This document shows, piece by piece, positions 1 through 9,356 of a stretch of 32,000 nt of DNA; position 1 is the stretch's first letter, and the number at the start of each line of letters is the position of its first letter. The notes under the pieces are model-generated. The model was not told where the DNA came from. It was given only the letters and a program-made list of their open reading frames with translations, and searched no databases. The stretch comes from Nanobdellota archaeon (lineage in GTDB: Archaea > Nanobdellota > Nanobdellia > Tiddalikarchaeales > Tiddalikarchaeaceae), in NCBI GenBank assembly GCA_016931175.1, contig JAFGFH010000013.1, positions 13,486 through 45,485 on the forward strand. Reading direction: 5' to 3'. The translations under genes and the position numbers were made by a program.

Positions 1-1
1 A

Positions 2-712
2 TTCTTCCCGGAATCAACGAATCTTGACAGCGTGAACGTTTTAAACAAGGAAGGGAAAATACTTCCTTTGGAATTAATCAATAATTATTACAAGATTACA
101 GCAACGGTTCAAGTAAGTAAAGAACTAGTTAATGAGACAATAACCTTAGACAATGTTAACTTAAGAACCGCGAATAATGAAGCGATTAATACAACTAGTT
201 TAGCCGCATTTGTTGAAGAATCCAGAGCTGAATTAAATCTTGACTCAATAGTTTACAACAATAATTATTACGACGCGAACGCGTCAATAACAATACTCGT
301 TCCTTACGCTGAGCAGAACTCAGTGATTAATATTGCACTCTTCTATGCTAGTGACGAGTCTGGTGAAATAATAAATTACCCAACTCTTGAGCAGGGAATA
401 GTCCTGCCTTACACTACTAGTTTCCCAATTAAAAGCAAAGCATCAGAGGTTAGATTCACTGCAGAACTTGAAGCTAACGAGGAGCAGACTATGAGCTTAT
501 ATTACGAATTAAACACTGAACCATTAACCAGGAGTTTTAACAGTTTAACAACTGACCAGGACAAGGTTGAAGTGCAAACAAGGAAGTCTTATTACGCTTC
601 AACTACTCCGTTAACAAGCTACCAGTCAACTAATACTTACAACGTCAGAAAGACAGTAGTAACAAGCGGTTTGAACTGCTTGATTAATTTCAAGGTGTGG
701 AACTATGAGTAG
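2..712 (+). CDS. C-terminal part of an Asn/Thr/Tyr-rich secreted or surface protein (5' end outside window)
   Basis: The frame of ORF 32..712 stays open back to base 2 with no stop, so the GTG at 32 is probably internal. Composition resembles the downstream 946-aa protein. Its stop overlaps the next start by 8 nt (705-712). Confidence 0.55.
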   Translation, partial: FFPESTNLDSVNVLNKEGKILPLELINNYYKITATVQVSKELVNETITLDNVNLRTANNEAINTTSLAAFVEESRAELNLDSIVYNNNYYDANASITILVPYAEQNSVINIALFYASDESGEIINYPTLEQGIVLPYTTSFPIKSKASEVRFTAELEANEEQTMSLYYELNTEPLTRSFNSLTTDQDKVEVQTRKSYYASTTPLTSYQSTNTYNVRKTVVTSGLNCLINFKVWNYE

Positions 713-3545
713 GAAAGCCCAGTTTTTCATAATATCAGCAGTTGCGATGTCAATAGCTTTAACAGTAATACTTGGATTATTAACCGTTCCGCCAGCTTTA
801 ACATTAAGCAACCTGCAAAGCCAGTCAAGAGACTTGCACGACTTCCAGGAAACAATCTCTAACATTAAATCATTAACTAATTCATTATACGATAACTGGC
901 CACTGCAGCAGTCAAGCAGCGCAGGATTCACAATAAGGAATAATAACGGCTTAAACGCTTACAATAATGAAGTAATAGTTAAAGTCTTAGTTGACGAGTA
1001 CGCTGAGAATAACACCTTCCAACTAGTCAGCAACGGCGAATACTTGGACGCTTCATACGCGCTCATAAAACCAGGAGAGTTAATAATAAGCTTCAAAGAC
1101 TCTTTTGAGAAGGGAGAGAGCAGGAATTACAGAGTCTTTTACAACCTTGAAAGCGATGCTGAAAAAAAGCTTGTATTTCAAGAACAACGTTCAAGGTATG
1201 ATGAGACGCTTGCAGAGGTCAGGTATTACTCCCCAACTTATGAAGCAATAATAAGCAAGTCAACAGGAGTAATAACGAGTTTAGTAATTAAAGGCGACGA
1301 TATTGACTTAAGCACTGCCTTTAAAGCAAGAGTTAGAACAAGCTCTGATTACGACCAGGACAGCATGACTGCAACGGTTTCAATACTAAAGTATGAGAAT
1401 AACGTGTTAGTAGTTAACGTTTCAGGACAGATAGAGCCGAACACTTACTTAACCCAGTACTACTACTTCCAGCCTGACATTATAACACTAAGACAGGACT
1501 TCATAATAAGCTCTGCAGGAGATTATAATCTCAGCTACGTAGCAGACGTTGCAAGCTCACTTAACTCTCTTGCTTACAGAAAATACGCGAATAATTCCTT
1601 ATCACTCCCATCTGAAACAATCTTTGATTCTTACAACCACCACACTGTATACAAAACAAGTGCTGGAATAGGGTTCATCTACGAGCAGGACTCATTAGTA
1701 ACCGCGCAGACACCGTCAGGAGTTGACACTAGAATACAATTAGTTGAGAACTCTTACACTCCTAACACAATAACTCAGGAGATTATAATCATGCCTTACT
1801 TTAACAATTATAATTATTCAATAATCGCAGCTAATAATTACAACACTAACCCTTTGCAGAGTGCGAAGATTTCAAAGACTGAATACTTAACTTACGCTTC
1901 GAACCCTATAATAACATCAATGACGGGTTCATCAAGCACTTTAGTATTCCAGCAATTATTCAACGAGTCATTAAACCCTCAAATAATCGTAGCCAAGAAC
2001 GCAGCCCCTTCAATTACTCCTTTCAGCTTCACAGCCAAGAGTTTTAAAGAAAAAGACTTGAACACTCTTGAACTAAACGCGGATTACGGATTAACTACGA
2101 AGAACTACCATAACGGTTCATACACTAATTTCTACGCAGTGAACCAGGAAAATCAGGGAATAACCAGCACTGATTATGAAATGATTAACTTAAACGGTGA
2201 AGACTTCAGCCTGGGAATTAGAATGAACAGTGAAACACTAACAGATACCTTAGACATTGAAGTAGTCTCGCCTAATAATACATTAGTATTGCGGCAGACG
2301 CTGTCACCAGCAATTGCTGGAGTTTTTGAAGAGCATGACTTCACAGTTAAAGGTTACAACGTTTCAGGAGTTTACACACTAAACGTTGAAGGAGAAGATG
2401 TCGTATTCTCAATCTCAACAACACTGCCATTAATTAATATTAACGCTCCTTTCGTGTTAAACGCTACAACGGATACAGTATTATACTTTGAAGCAGGCAA
2501 TGATTATACTATAAAATGTGAGAGCTTTGACGGATTAACAAGTCAAGTAATCATCAACAACACTCACGAAGCAGTATTATCAGAGAATCTTAACTTCACA
2601 AGAACAATTAACCACACTTATTACACAACAACTCCTTACTACATGCACTTAAAGCAGGGAATAACACTAATAGACGCGAATCTAAAGTTCGGCAGCGAAG
2701 ATTACTACCTTAACCCTGACTATGAAGTTAAGTTCATAGTAGAGGATAAAGTATTGGGAAAGAATTATTACACAATAAACGCTTCAACCAGCACTACTAA
2801 CAAGACTGTTTATTACGAGAACATGACTTACTCTTTCTCAACTAATACTTTAACGAATAAGGACTATGAGTGGGACTTTGACACAGAAACATTAACATAT
2901 AAAGGCTCAAATAATTGGTTATATAATGGGGACTTCTACGCGTGCACTGGAACTTACGGTTCGTGCACAGTAGAAACAACAAGCTTCACATTTGATTCAC
3001 TAATAGAGAATACTACACTCTTCAAATCAGCAAGCTTCTCATCCAACACTATAAAACCATTAGTCAGGGTTTTTAATGCTTCAAACCTTTTCATGATAGA
3101 ATTAGAAAATCCGACAAAACTGCCTTACACCTTCGGAATCAATTACAGGATAGGAGGCGACGATGACACTTATTACAAGACTAGCTACTTAGAAGATGAG
3201 ATTAGTTTAACAAGCACGACTGTTTACTCTTCAACAATAATTAATAATACTGGCTGGAATTACATAGGCAAGAGGGATGACTCTGCCAGTACAGGACTAG
3301 TCTTCAACTCTAAAGACTTGAAACAAGGAATTAACAGCATGGTAATCAGTGATGATTACTTAAGAATAGGCTTGAATGGTTTCAGCACACACGTGTTATA
3401 CTTCTTTATAGGAGAGGATTGGACAAGCATTGAAGCAGTAGTTAACAGTTTGAACAACGCGCCAGTATGCTACGACGAAGTAATACAATACAGTTATGAT
3501 TATTACAGCGAGAACTTGGACAGCAGTGCAGTAATAATTGGTTAA
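705..3545 (+). CDS. Large (946 aa) surface protein with N-terminal class III (type IV pilin-like) signal peptide; function unknown
   Basis: ATG at 705. The N-terminus MSRKAQFFIISAVAMSIALTVILGLL has a short basic stretch, K-A|Q, then a hydrophobic helix, like archaeal prepilin-peptidase substrates. The rest is beta-rich and N/T/S/Y-rich, with about 19 N-x-S/T sequons by manual count. No enzymatic motif recognised. Confidence 0.7.
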   Translation: MSRKAQFFIISAVAMSIALTVILGLLTVPPALTLSNLQSQSRDLHDFQETISNIKSLTNSLYDNWPLQQSSSAGFTIRNNNGLNAYNNEVIVKVLVDEYAENNTFQLVSNGEYLDASYALIKPGELIISFKDSFEKGESRNYRVFYNLESDAEKKLVFQEQRSRYDETLAEVRYYSPTYEAIISKSTGVITSLVIKGDDIDLSTAFKARVRTSSDYDQDSMTATVSILKYENNVLVVNVSGQIEPNTYLTQYYYFQPDIITLRQDFIISSAGDYNLSYVADVASSLNSLAYRKYANNSLSLPSETIFDSYNHHTVYKTSAGIGFIYEQDSLVTAQTPSGVDTRIQLVENSYTPNTITQEIIIMPYFNNYNYSIIAANNYNTNPLQSAKISKTEYLTYASNPIITSMTGSSSTLVFQQLFNESLNPQIIVAKNAAPSITPFSFTAKSFKEKDLNTLELNADYGLTTKNYHNGSYTNFYAVNQENQGITSTDYEMINLNGEDFSLGIRMNSETLTDTLDIEVVSPNNTLVLRQTLSPAIAGVFEEHDFTVKGYNVSGVYTLNVEGEDVVFSISTTLPLININAPFVLNATTDTVLYFEAGNDYTIKCESFDGLTSQVIINNTHEAVLSENLNFTRTINHTYYTTTPYYMHLKQGITLIDANLKFGSEDYYLNPDYEVKFIVEDKVLGKNYYTINASTSTTNKTVYYENMTYSFSTNTLTNKDYEWDFDTETLTYKGSNNWLYNGDFYACTGTYGSCTVETTSFTFDSLIENTTLFKSASFSSNTIKPLVRVFNASNLFMIELENPTKLPYTFGINYRIGGDDDTYYKTSYLEDEISLTSTTVYSSTIINNTGWNYIGKRDDSASTGLVFNSKDLKQGINSMVISDDYLRIGLNGFSTHVLYFFIGEDWTSIEAVVNSLNNAPVCYDEVIQYSYDYYSENLDSSAVIIG

Positions 3546-4666
3546 GCTTCCCTGCTCTGCCATATTTTGTAAAAACGGCTGTACTCTCTTAATGCTTTCT
3601 TCTTGCTGCAATGGCATTCTCTGCTAATCTCTTCAGCTAATAATTTAAGCTCATCCCTTGCCTTCCTAGTAGCGCCAAGCTTTTTTATCTCGTAAGGAGG
3701 AACATCATACTTGCTCCACTTCTTATACATTTCATCCTTGCTCAACCCTATTCCTAGTGAGCAGAAAAGCCTGGCATAGACGTAGCTCATCCTCCAATCC
3801 ATTCTCCTATAAGCTCTAGCGTTGAAGACCATTGCTTTGCTGAACCAGTCATAAGCTTCCCTGACCTCATGAGGCTTCTCGTACTCGTTAATAATATTCT
3901 CACCAATCGCTAACTCAGCGTATTCCAAGTCGCTGAAGTCAGAGAGTGAATCCTTCAAGGAGTCAACACTGCGAGACTTAAACACTGCCTTTAACACGTC
4001 AAAGATGTTCGTCTCCTTAATTCTCTCGTACAAGTTGTCAACGTCACTGTCACTGTTAATATTCTGCAAGTCATTAAACGCGCTTCTAACATCACCCTGC
4101 GCCATACTCGCGAGCTTCTTAAAACTCGCAGTTGTTAACTCTTTACCCTCGCTCTCGCAAACCATTTTAATAAGTTTGTAAACATCCCAGTAACTTCTGC
4201 GCTTATACTTAATTACAGTCGCACTAGTCTTAAGAGAGGATATCCTCTTGCTGTACTCGTCATTAGCAGTCATGATTATGGGAAAACGCGTCTCTTTAAT
4301 GATTGAATTAATCTCCTTAACTCCTCCCCTGTCAAGGTTGCCGTGCAAACCGTCAACTTCGTCAATCAGGATTATCTTCGGCTTCGCGAACAGCGTTGCC
4401 TGCTTGCTGGCGTTGCCAACAATATTCTTAACATTCTCAGCATTGCGTTTGTCGCTCGCGTTAACCTCAATCACTTCGTAACCCTTGGTTTCAGCAATAG
4501 CGTAGACGCTGCTCGTCTTACCGCTCCCCTCAGGCCCTACTAATAATAACGCCTTCTTCTTAACCTTGTCAAACTTTTCTAAGAACTCATTAATCTTTGA
4601 AACGTTCTCATCCAAACCTATTAATTCACCAACTGCTCTCGGCGAGTACTTGTCAACGAAGTTCAT
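3542..4666 (-). CDS. rfcL: Replication factor C large subunit
   Basis: N-terminus DKYSPRAVGELIG, Walker A GPEGSGKTS, NASDKR, Walker B LIDEVD, and GDVRSAFNDLQ. It lies 2 nt downstream of rfcS. It is short (374 aa) for the family. Confidence 0.85.
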   Translation of the reverse strand: MNFVDKYSPRAVGELIGLDENVSKINEFLEKFDKVKKKALLLVGPEGSGKTSSVYAIAETKGYEVIEVNASDKRNAENVKNIVGNASKQATLFAKPKIILIDEVDGLHGNLDRGGVKEINSIIKETRFPIIMTANDEYSKRISSLKTSATVIKYKRRSYWDVYKLIKMVCESEGKELTTASFKKLASMAQGDVRSAFNDLQNINSDSDVDNLYERIKETNIFDVLKAVFKSRSVDSLKDSLSDFSDLEYAELAIGENIINEYEKPHEVREAYDWFSKAMVFNARAYRRMDWRMSYVYARLFCSLGIGLSKDEMYKKWSKYDVPPYEIKKLGATRKARDELKLLAEEISRECHCSKKKALREYSRFYKIWQSREA

Positions 4667-4668
4667 TA

Positions 4669-5616
4669 TTATTCAACCTTGAAAAACTGAGCAAGAAGAC
4701 TTTCTAACTGCACGAATTCGTCGCTGCCTTCAACCATTCTGAACTCGAACTCTCCAACTAATCCTATGAGTTTAATCTTAGTCTTCGCGCTGATACTCTC
4801 CAAATTAAGTATCTCATTCTGTATCTGCTTGATAACATCCAACCCGCTCAAACCGTACTTTGCGATAGTGTCAAATAATAAATCCCTCGCCTGCACGAAT
4901 TCTCCTTTAATGCTTAACTCCAAGCACTCGCGTATCTCCTTAGGACGAGCCATGCTTGATACTTCATAAACGAGTTCAAGAGTAACCTTGTCACCTAATA
5001 CGCTGCAAGACTGCAGTATGTTTATCGCCTTCCTCATATCCCCGCTGCTTATCTCGTAAATTTCTTCAAGAACGTTATCAGATACCTTAATCTTCTCAGC
5101 CTCGCTTATTTTCTTCAAATAATCTGCAACCTCTTTCTTGCTTAATGATTGGAACCTGAACAACACGCACCTTGACTGGATAGGGTCAATAATCTTGCTA
5201 GGATAATTGCAGTCAAGTATGAACCTGCAGCTGCTGCTGAACTTCTCCATCGTCCTCCTCAAAGCCTGCTGGGCATCTCTTGTTAACGCGTCACTCTCGC
5301 CGAGGAAGATTATCTTGAAAGGAGCATCACCTAATGCTTTTGAGCGCGCGAAGTCCTTAACCTTGACGCGGATAGTGTCAATTCCGCGCTCATCACTCGC
5401 GTTTAATTCCAAGAAGTTCTGCTTAATATTGTCGCCGAACAAGTCACCGGCGAGCGCTAAAGCGCAGGTAGTCTTGCCAGTACCGGCTGGTCCTGCGAAT
5501 AACATGTGAGGCATGCTGTCATCCTTAGCAAAGGCTACAAGCCTCTTAACAATATTCTCCTGGCCAACAACGTCCTTTAAACGCTTAGGCCTGTACTTCT
5601 CAGTCCAAACCTGCAT
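4669..5616 (-). CDS. rfcS: Replication factor C small subunit
   Basis: WTEKYRPKRLKDVVGQ, Walker A GPAGTGKTT, LNASDERGID, SRC motif (IQSRCVLFRF), GDMRKAINILQ. Confidence 0.95.
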   Translation of the reverse strand: MQVWTEKYRPKRLKDVVGQENIVKRLVAFAKDDSMPHMLFAGPAGTGKTTCALALAGDLFGDNIKQNFLELNASDERGIDTIRVKVKDFARSKALGDAPFKIIFLGESDALTRDAQQALRRTMEKFSSSCRFILDCNYPSKIIDPIQSRCVLFRFQSLSKKEVADYLKKISEAEKIKVSDNVLEEIYEISSGDMRKAINILQSCSVLGDKVTLELVYEVSSMARPKEIRECLELSIKGEFVQARDLLFDTIAKYGLSGLDVIKQIQNEILNLESISAKTKIKLIGLVGEFEFRMVEGSDEFVQLESLLAQFFKVE

Positions 5617-5651
5617 AGTAAGATATTACGAATAAGTGCTTGCTTAAATAA

Positions 5652-5939
5652 TTATTCTACCAGACAATACTTTCTAAGCTTTTTAATAATAGTCTTAACA
5701 TCCTCTGTTAATATTTTATTATCTATCTTAGTCTCTAATTCAGGATTATTCTCTTTCAAGAACTTAATAAGCTCTTTAGCCACCTCGTCCTCATTTTTCT
5801 TGCCGTCGCATAATAACCAAACGTTTAAGTGAAGCATGTCAAGTTTGTAAAACTTCTTCTCCTCCTGGTTAGCAATGCCTACGTCGTCACCGTTCTTTGC
5901 AGGAACCAGTCCTTTAACCTGCTTAGGATTAGCAGCCAT
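5652..5939 (-). CDS. PqqD-family (RiPP-recognition-element-like) small protein
   Basis: 95 aa. The blocks FYKLDMLHLNVWLLCDGKKNEDEVAKEL ... DVKTIIKKLRKYCLVE follow the PqqD pattern (y.LN..a..iW.l.DG..t..ei ... dv..fl..L...gLv). Recognised by eye only. Confidence 0.5.
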   Translation of the reverse strand: MAANPKQVKGLVPAKNGDDVGIANQEEKKFYKLDMLHLNVWLLCDGKKNEDEVAKELIKFLKENNPELETKIDNKILTEDVKTIIKKLRKYCLVE

Positions 5940-5962
5940 AAACTATTATTCTTTATAAAACA

Positions 5963-5970
5963 TTTATAAA
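5963..5970. promoter_or_regulatory. Palindromic TATA box (TTTATAAA) shared by divergent PqqD-like and tbp genes; a second copy lies at 5953-5960
   Basis: Its centre is 27.5 nt from the complement ATG at 5939 and 28.5 nt from the ATG at 5995. This is the canonical archaeal TATA-to-start distance for leaderless mRNAs. Confidence 0.4.
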
Positions 5971-5994
5971 TGTTTGCTTATTTATTTAATGTTT

Positions 5995-6540
5995 ATGAGC
6001 GTGACGAGTTATACTATCCAGAACGTTGTGGCAAGCGCTTCCTTATTCGTGGACATACCATTGGAGAAGGTGGCGACTAAACTGGCAAACACGGAGTATA
6101 ATCCTGAACAGTTCCCAGGACTCGTTTTAAGACTAACCAGCTTGAAGATAACAGCTTTAGTCTTCTCCAGCGGCAAAATCGTTGTTACCGGAGTAAAAAG
6201 CGAGGAAGGCGTTCCAAGCGCTGTAAAATCGATTCAGAAGGAATTGGCAAAGGCAGACATAAAGTGCACAAAGAAGCCTGAGATGCGCGTTGAGAACATG
6301 GTAGCTTCAGGAGATATTGGCTTAAAGCTTAATCTTACAGATTTAGCGTTTAACCTGCCAACTGCAGAGTACGAGCCTGAACAGTTCCCAGGATTAGTGT
6401 ATAAAGTGCCAGGATGGCATATAACCTTCTTACTATTCAGCACAGGTAAGATTGTCTGCACAGGAGCAAAGAACGAAGGAGAGATAAAGAAAAGCGTTAA
6501 AGACCTGAGAAAAACCCTTCTAGAACTTAAAAAGAAGTAA
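5995..6540 (+). CDS. tbp: TATA-box binding protein
   Basis: Two direct repeats: IQNVVASASL...EYNPEQFPGLVLRL...LVFSSGKIVVTGVKS and VENMVASGDI...EYEPEQFPGLVYKV...LLFSTGKIVCTGAKN. The ORF-track TTG start at 5974 lies inside the promoter. ATG 5995 is preferred from TATA spacing, with 5989 as the alternative. Confidence 0.95.
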   Translation: MSVTSYTIQNVVASASLFVDIPLEKVATKLANTEYNPEQFPGLVLRLTSLKITALVFSSGKIVVTGVKSEEGVPSAVKSIQKELAKADIKCTKKPEMRVENMVASGDIGLKLNLTDLAFNLPTAEYEPEQFPGLVYKVPGWHITFLLFSTGKIVCTGAKNEGEIKKSVKDLRKTLLELKKK

Positions 6541-6622
6541 TACTCCTGATTTTCTTATTCTTTATATATATTAGACTAGACGAATACTTTTATTAATAAA
6601 GGAATTTATCAATCTTGATATT

Positions 6623-8662
6623 ATGGAATCCTACGATGAGTCAGAGATTAAAGAGAAATTCTTCCATTTTATTAAAAGCGAGTACAGTGCTGAACTCAGC
6701 AAGGCAGTAACGCAGGGAAGCAAGAGTTTAGTCATAGACTTCCAGAAACTTGACTCGTTCGACCAGGAATTAACAGAGGTTTTAGGAGAAAAACCCCACG
6801 AGTTAATTGTTTTATTTGAGAAAACACTTGAAGAGTACGAGGACACCCTGCCTAACAAGTTATACATACGCTTCTTTAACCTGCCGAAGAGTTTCGAGGT
6901 TAAGATTAGGGATATTAGAAGCAAGCACTTAGGCAAGATGATATACACTGAAGGCATAGTGAGGCAGGCGAGTTCAGTAAGACCAATGTGCACTCTCATA
7001 ACTTACAAGTGCTTGAACTGTGATTCAAAGTTTGACGAGAAACAGGACGTTACAGTAATAGTAGTGCCTAACAAGTGCCCTAACTGCGGGAAGCGAGGAC
7101 CTTTCGAAGCGAAAGAGCATAAACTAGTTGATACTCAAAGATTAGTGCTTGAAGAGTCAAGCGAGTCACTCGAAGGAGGAGGCCAGCCCATGAGATTGAA
7201 CATATTCTTAAGAAACGACTTGGTTGATCCGACAATAGTTAAGAGAACAACTCCAGGCAGCAAGATTAGAGTTATGGGAGTAATATACGAGTTTGCCAAG
7301 TCGCTCGCTTACTCTAAGAATAAGAGTGTAATGTATGACATAGTATTAGAGAGCAACTACGTTGAGGGTATAGAGCAGGAGTACGAGGATATTGAAGTAA
7401 CTGATGAGGACATCAGGCAGATAGAACTGCTAGCGAGCGATCCTGAAGTTTATGACAAACTAGTGCGTTCAGTCTCGCCAAATATAAGGGGGAAGAACAA
7501 GATTAAGGAAGCAATGGTTTTGCAGATGTTCGGCGGTGTTAGGAAAGCTAACAAGGACGGCACTAAGGGAAGAGGGGATATTCACATGCTCTTAATAGGA
7601 GACCCGGGTACGGGTAAGAGCCAATTGGTTAAGAGCATGAGTTCAATAGCTCCTAAGGCTCGTTTCGTAAGCGGAAAAGGAGCAACAGGAGCAGGCCTTA
7701 CAGCTACAGTAGTAAAGGATGAAGTTTTGAAGGGCTGGGCGTTGGAAGCAGGAGCACTAGTATTAGCCAATAAGGGAATACTATGCATTGATGAGATTGA
7801 CAAGATGAGTCCTGAAGACCGTTCAGCAATGCACGAGGCTATGGAGCAGCAAACGATTAGCATAAGCAAAGCTAATGTTCAAGCCACACTGAACTGCCAG
7901 ACTTCAATAATCGCTGCAGCGAATCCTAAATACGGCAGGTTTGACCAGTACAAGCCAATCGCTGACCAGATAGACATGCCGGTAACACTGTTAAGCCGTT
8001 TTGACTTAATCTTCCCAATAAGGGATATTCCTGACAAGGAAGAGGACACTAAGTTAGCAAATCACATACTTAAGGGCCACCAGAACAGTGACATTTACAC
8101 TCCACTAATTCCTCCAGAGATTATACGAAAATACGTTTCTTACGCGAGGCAGAATATAAACCCAGTATTATCAGACAGTGCTGCTGAAGAGATACAAAAC
8201 TTCTTCGTTAAACTAAGAAACAAGGATGTTATTGGGGAATCAGATGTTAAACCTGTTCCGTTAACGCCGAGGCAGTTAGAAGCATTGGTTAGATTGTCCG
8301 AGGCGAGCGCGAGAGTCAGATTAAGCAAGAAGGTTACGAAACAGGACGCGAAGAGAGCGATTAATTTAATGAAATTATACCTTATGAGGCTGGGAATGGA
8401 CCCTGACACTGGAGAGTTGGACATTGACAGAGTAGTATCCGGCACATCTACGAGCCAGAGGAGTAAACTTTATCAAATGATAGACTTATTAAAAGAGTTA
8501 GAGAAGAGTTTTGGGAAAGACTTGCCGCTTAATGAGGTAATGATTGAGGCCAAGAATCAGGGAATTGAAGAGAACAAGGCTGAAGAGATTATTGAAAAGA
8601 TGAAGAGGAGCGGTGAATTATTCGAACCAAGACACGGCGTAATAAGGAGAACGAACAAATGA
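6623..8662 (+). CDS. mcm: MCM replicative helicase
   Basis: Zn ribbon CLNCDSKF...CPNCG, Walker A GDPGTGKSQ, Walker B CIDEIDKM, arginine-finger region SRFDLIF, and a C-terminal winged-helix-like tail. Confidence 0.95.
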   Translation: MESYDESEIKEKFFHFIKSEYSAELSKAVTQGSKSLVIDFQKLDSFDQELTEVLGEKPHELIVLFEKTLEEYEDTLPNKLYIRFFNLPKSFEVKIRDIRSKHLGKMIYTEGIVRQASSVRPMCTLITYKCLNCDSKFDEKQDVTVIVVPNKCPNCGKRGPFEAKEHKLVDTQRLVLEESSESLEGGGQPMRLNIFLRNDLVDPTIVKRTTPGSKIRVMGVIYEFAKSLAYSKNKSVMYDIVLESNYVEGIEQEYEDIEVTDEDIRQIELLASDPEVYDKLVRSVSPNIRGKNKIKEAMVLQMFGGVRKANKDGTKGRGDIHMLLIGDPGTGKSQLVKSMSSIAPKARFVSGKGATGAGLTATVVKDEVLKGWALEAGALVLANKGILCIDEIDKMSPEDRSAMHEAMEQQTISISKANVQATLNCQTSIIAAANPKYGRFDQYKPIADQIDMPVTLLSRFDLIFPIRDIPDKEEDTKLANHILKGHQNSDIYTPLIPPEIIRKYVSYARQNINPVLSDSAAEEIQNFFVKLRNKDVIGESDVKPVPLTPRQLEALVRLSEASARVRLSKKVTKQDAKRAINLMKLYLMRLGMDPDTGELDIDRVVSGTSTSQRSKLYQMIDLLKELEKSFGKDLPLNEVMIEAKNQGIEENKAEEIIEKMKRSGELFEPRHGVIRRTNK

Positions 8663-9348
8663 GCGAGGATAATAAGGACTTTAAGAGATTAACAGCTTTC
8701 AGAACAAGCCTTAACACTGTAAACATTGCTAATTACGTGCCTGTGGATAAGGGAGCGGATTACTTGGAAGTGAACAAGTTAAAGGTGAGCAGGGTTAGAG
8801 TGGTAGGAACTGTTGTGAGCAAGACTGTTGCAGAAGACAGGAGTTACGCATTCTTAACAATTGATGACAGCACTGATACTTTATCCCTTGCGAGCAGCAA
8901 GAACTTCAACACTGGAGAAACGAACGTTGAATTAATTGAGAAACCGGTTATTGGAGACATAGTTGAAGTAATAGGAAGAGTTAACGAGTGGGAGGGCAAG
9001 AGGAAGGTTAACTGCGAAACCTTGAAGATAATAAAAGACCCTAACCACTGGTTATACCACAAGGTTGAACTCTTACTTTCAGGAGAAAAAGTTGAAAGGA
9101 TTGAAGAGAAGAAAGAGAAAGGCATAAGCACTGGAGTAGAGGCTGAGAAGGCAGAGAGTGAGAGCGAGGAAGACATGATTATGAGAATAATAAAAGATAA
9201 TGACATAGGCAAAGGGACAAACATTTCATTAATAGTAAAACAGTCAAACTTGTCCCAAAAGAAGGTTGAAGACGTTTTGAAAACGCTGTTAATAGACGGT
9301 TTAATTTACGAACCTTCAAAGCATAGTTATAAAATACTGGACGTGTGA
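8659..9348 (+). CDS. OB-fold plus C-terminal winged-helix protein, RPA32/Stn1-like
   Basis: ATGA overlap with the mcm stop. OB-like core VSRVRVVGTVVSK...FLTIDDSTDTLSL...GDIVEVIGRVNEWEGKRKVNCETLKIIKDPNHWLYH, then an acidic linker. The C-terminal wH-like segment is GTNISLIVKQSNLSQKKVEDVLKTLLIDGLIYEP. Confidence 0.55.
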   Translation: MSEDNKDFKRLTAFRTSLNTVNIANYVPVDKGADYLEVNKLKVSRVRVVGTVVSKTVAEDRSYAFLTIDDSTDTLSLASSKNFNTGETNVELIEKPVIGDIVEVIGRVNEWEGKRKVNCETLKIIKDPNHWLYHKVELLLSGEKVERIEEKKEKGISTGVEAEKAESESEEDMIMRIIKDNDIGKGTNISLIVKQSNLSQKKVEDVLKTLLIDGLIYEPSKHSYKILDV

Positions 9349-9356
9349 TAATAGTA

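Noticed and set aside
5974-5994. TTG start giving TBP an MLIYLMF N-terminal extension
   Set aside because: This extension would begin only 4 nt after the TATA element. TBP homologues begin a few residues before the I.NVVAS block. ATG 5995 (or 5989) fits the -27 spacing.
5617-6622. Possible replication origin near the rfc/mcm genes
   Set aside because: The spacers here are 35-82 nt and contain only TATA-like boxes. There are no repeated ORB-like inverted elements, no extended AT-rich unwinding tract beyond background, and no orc1/cdc6 gene in the window.
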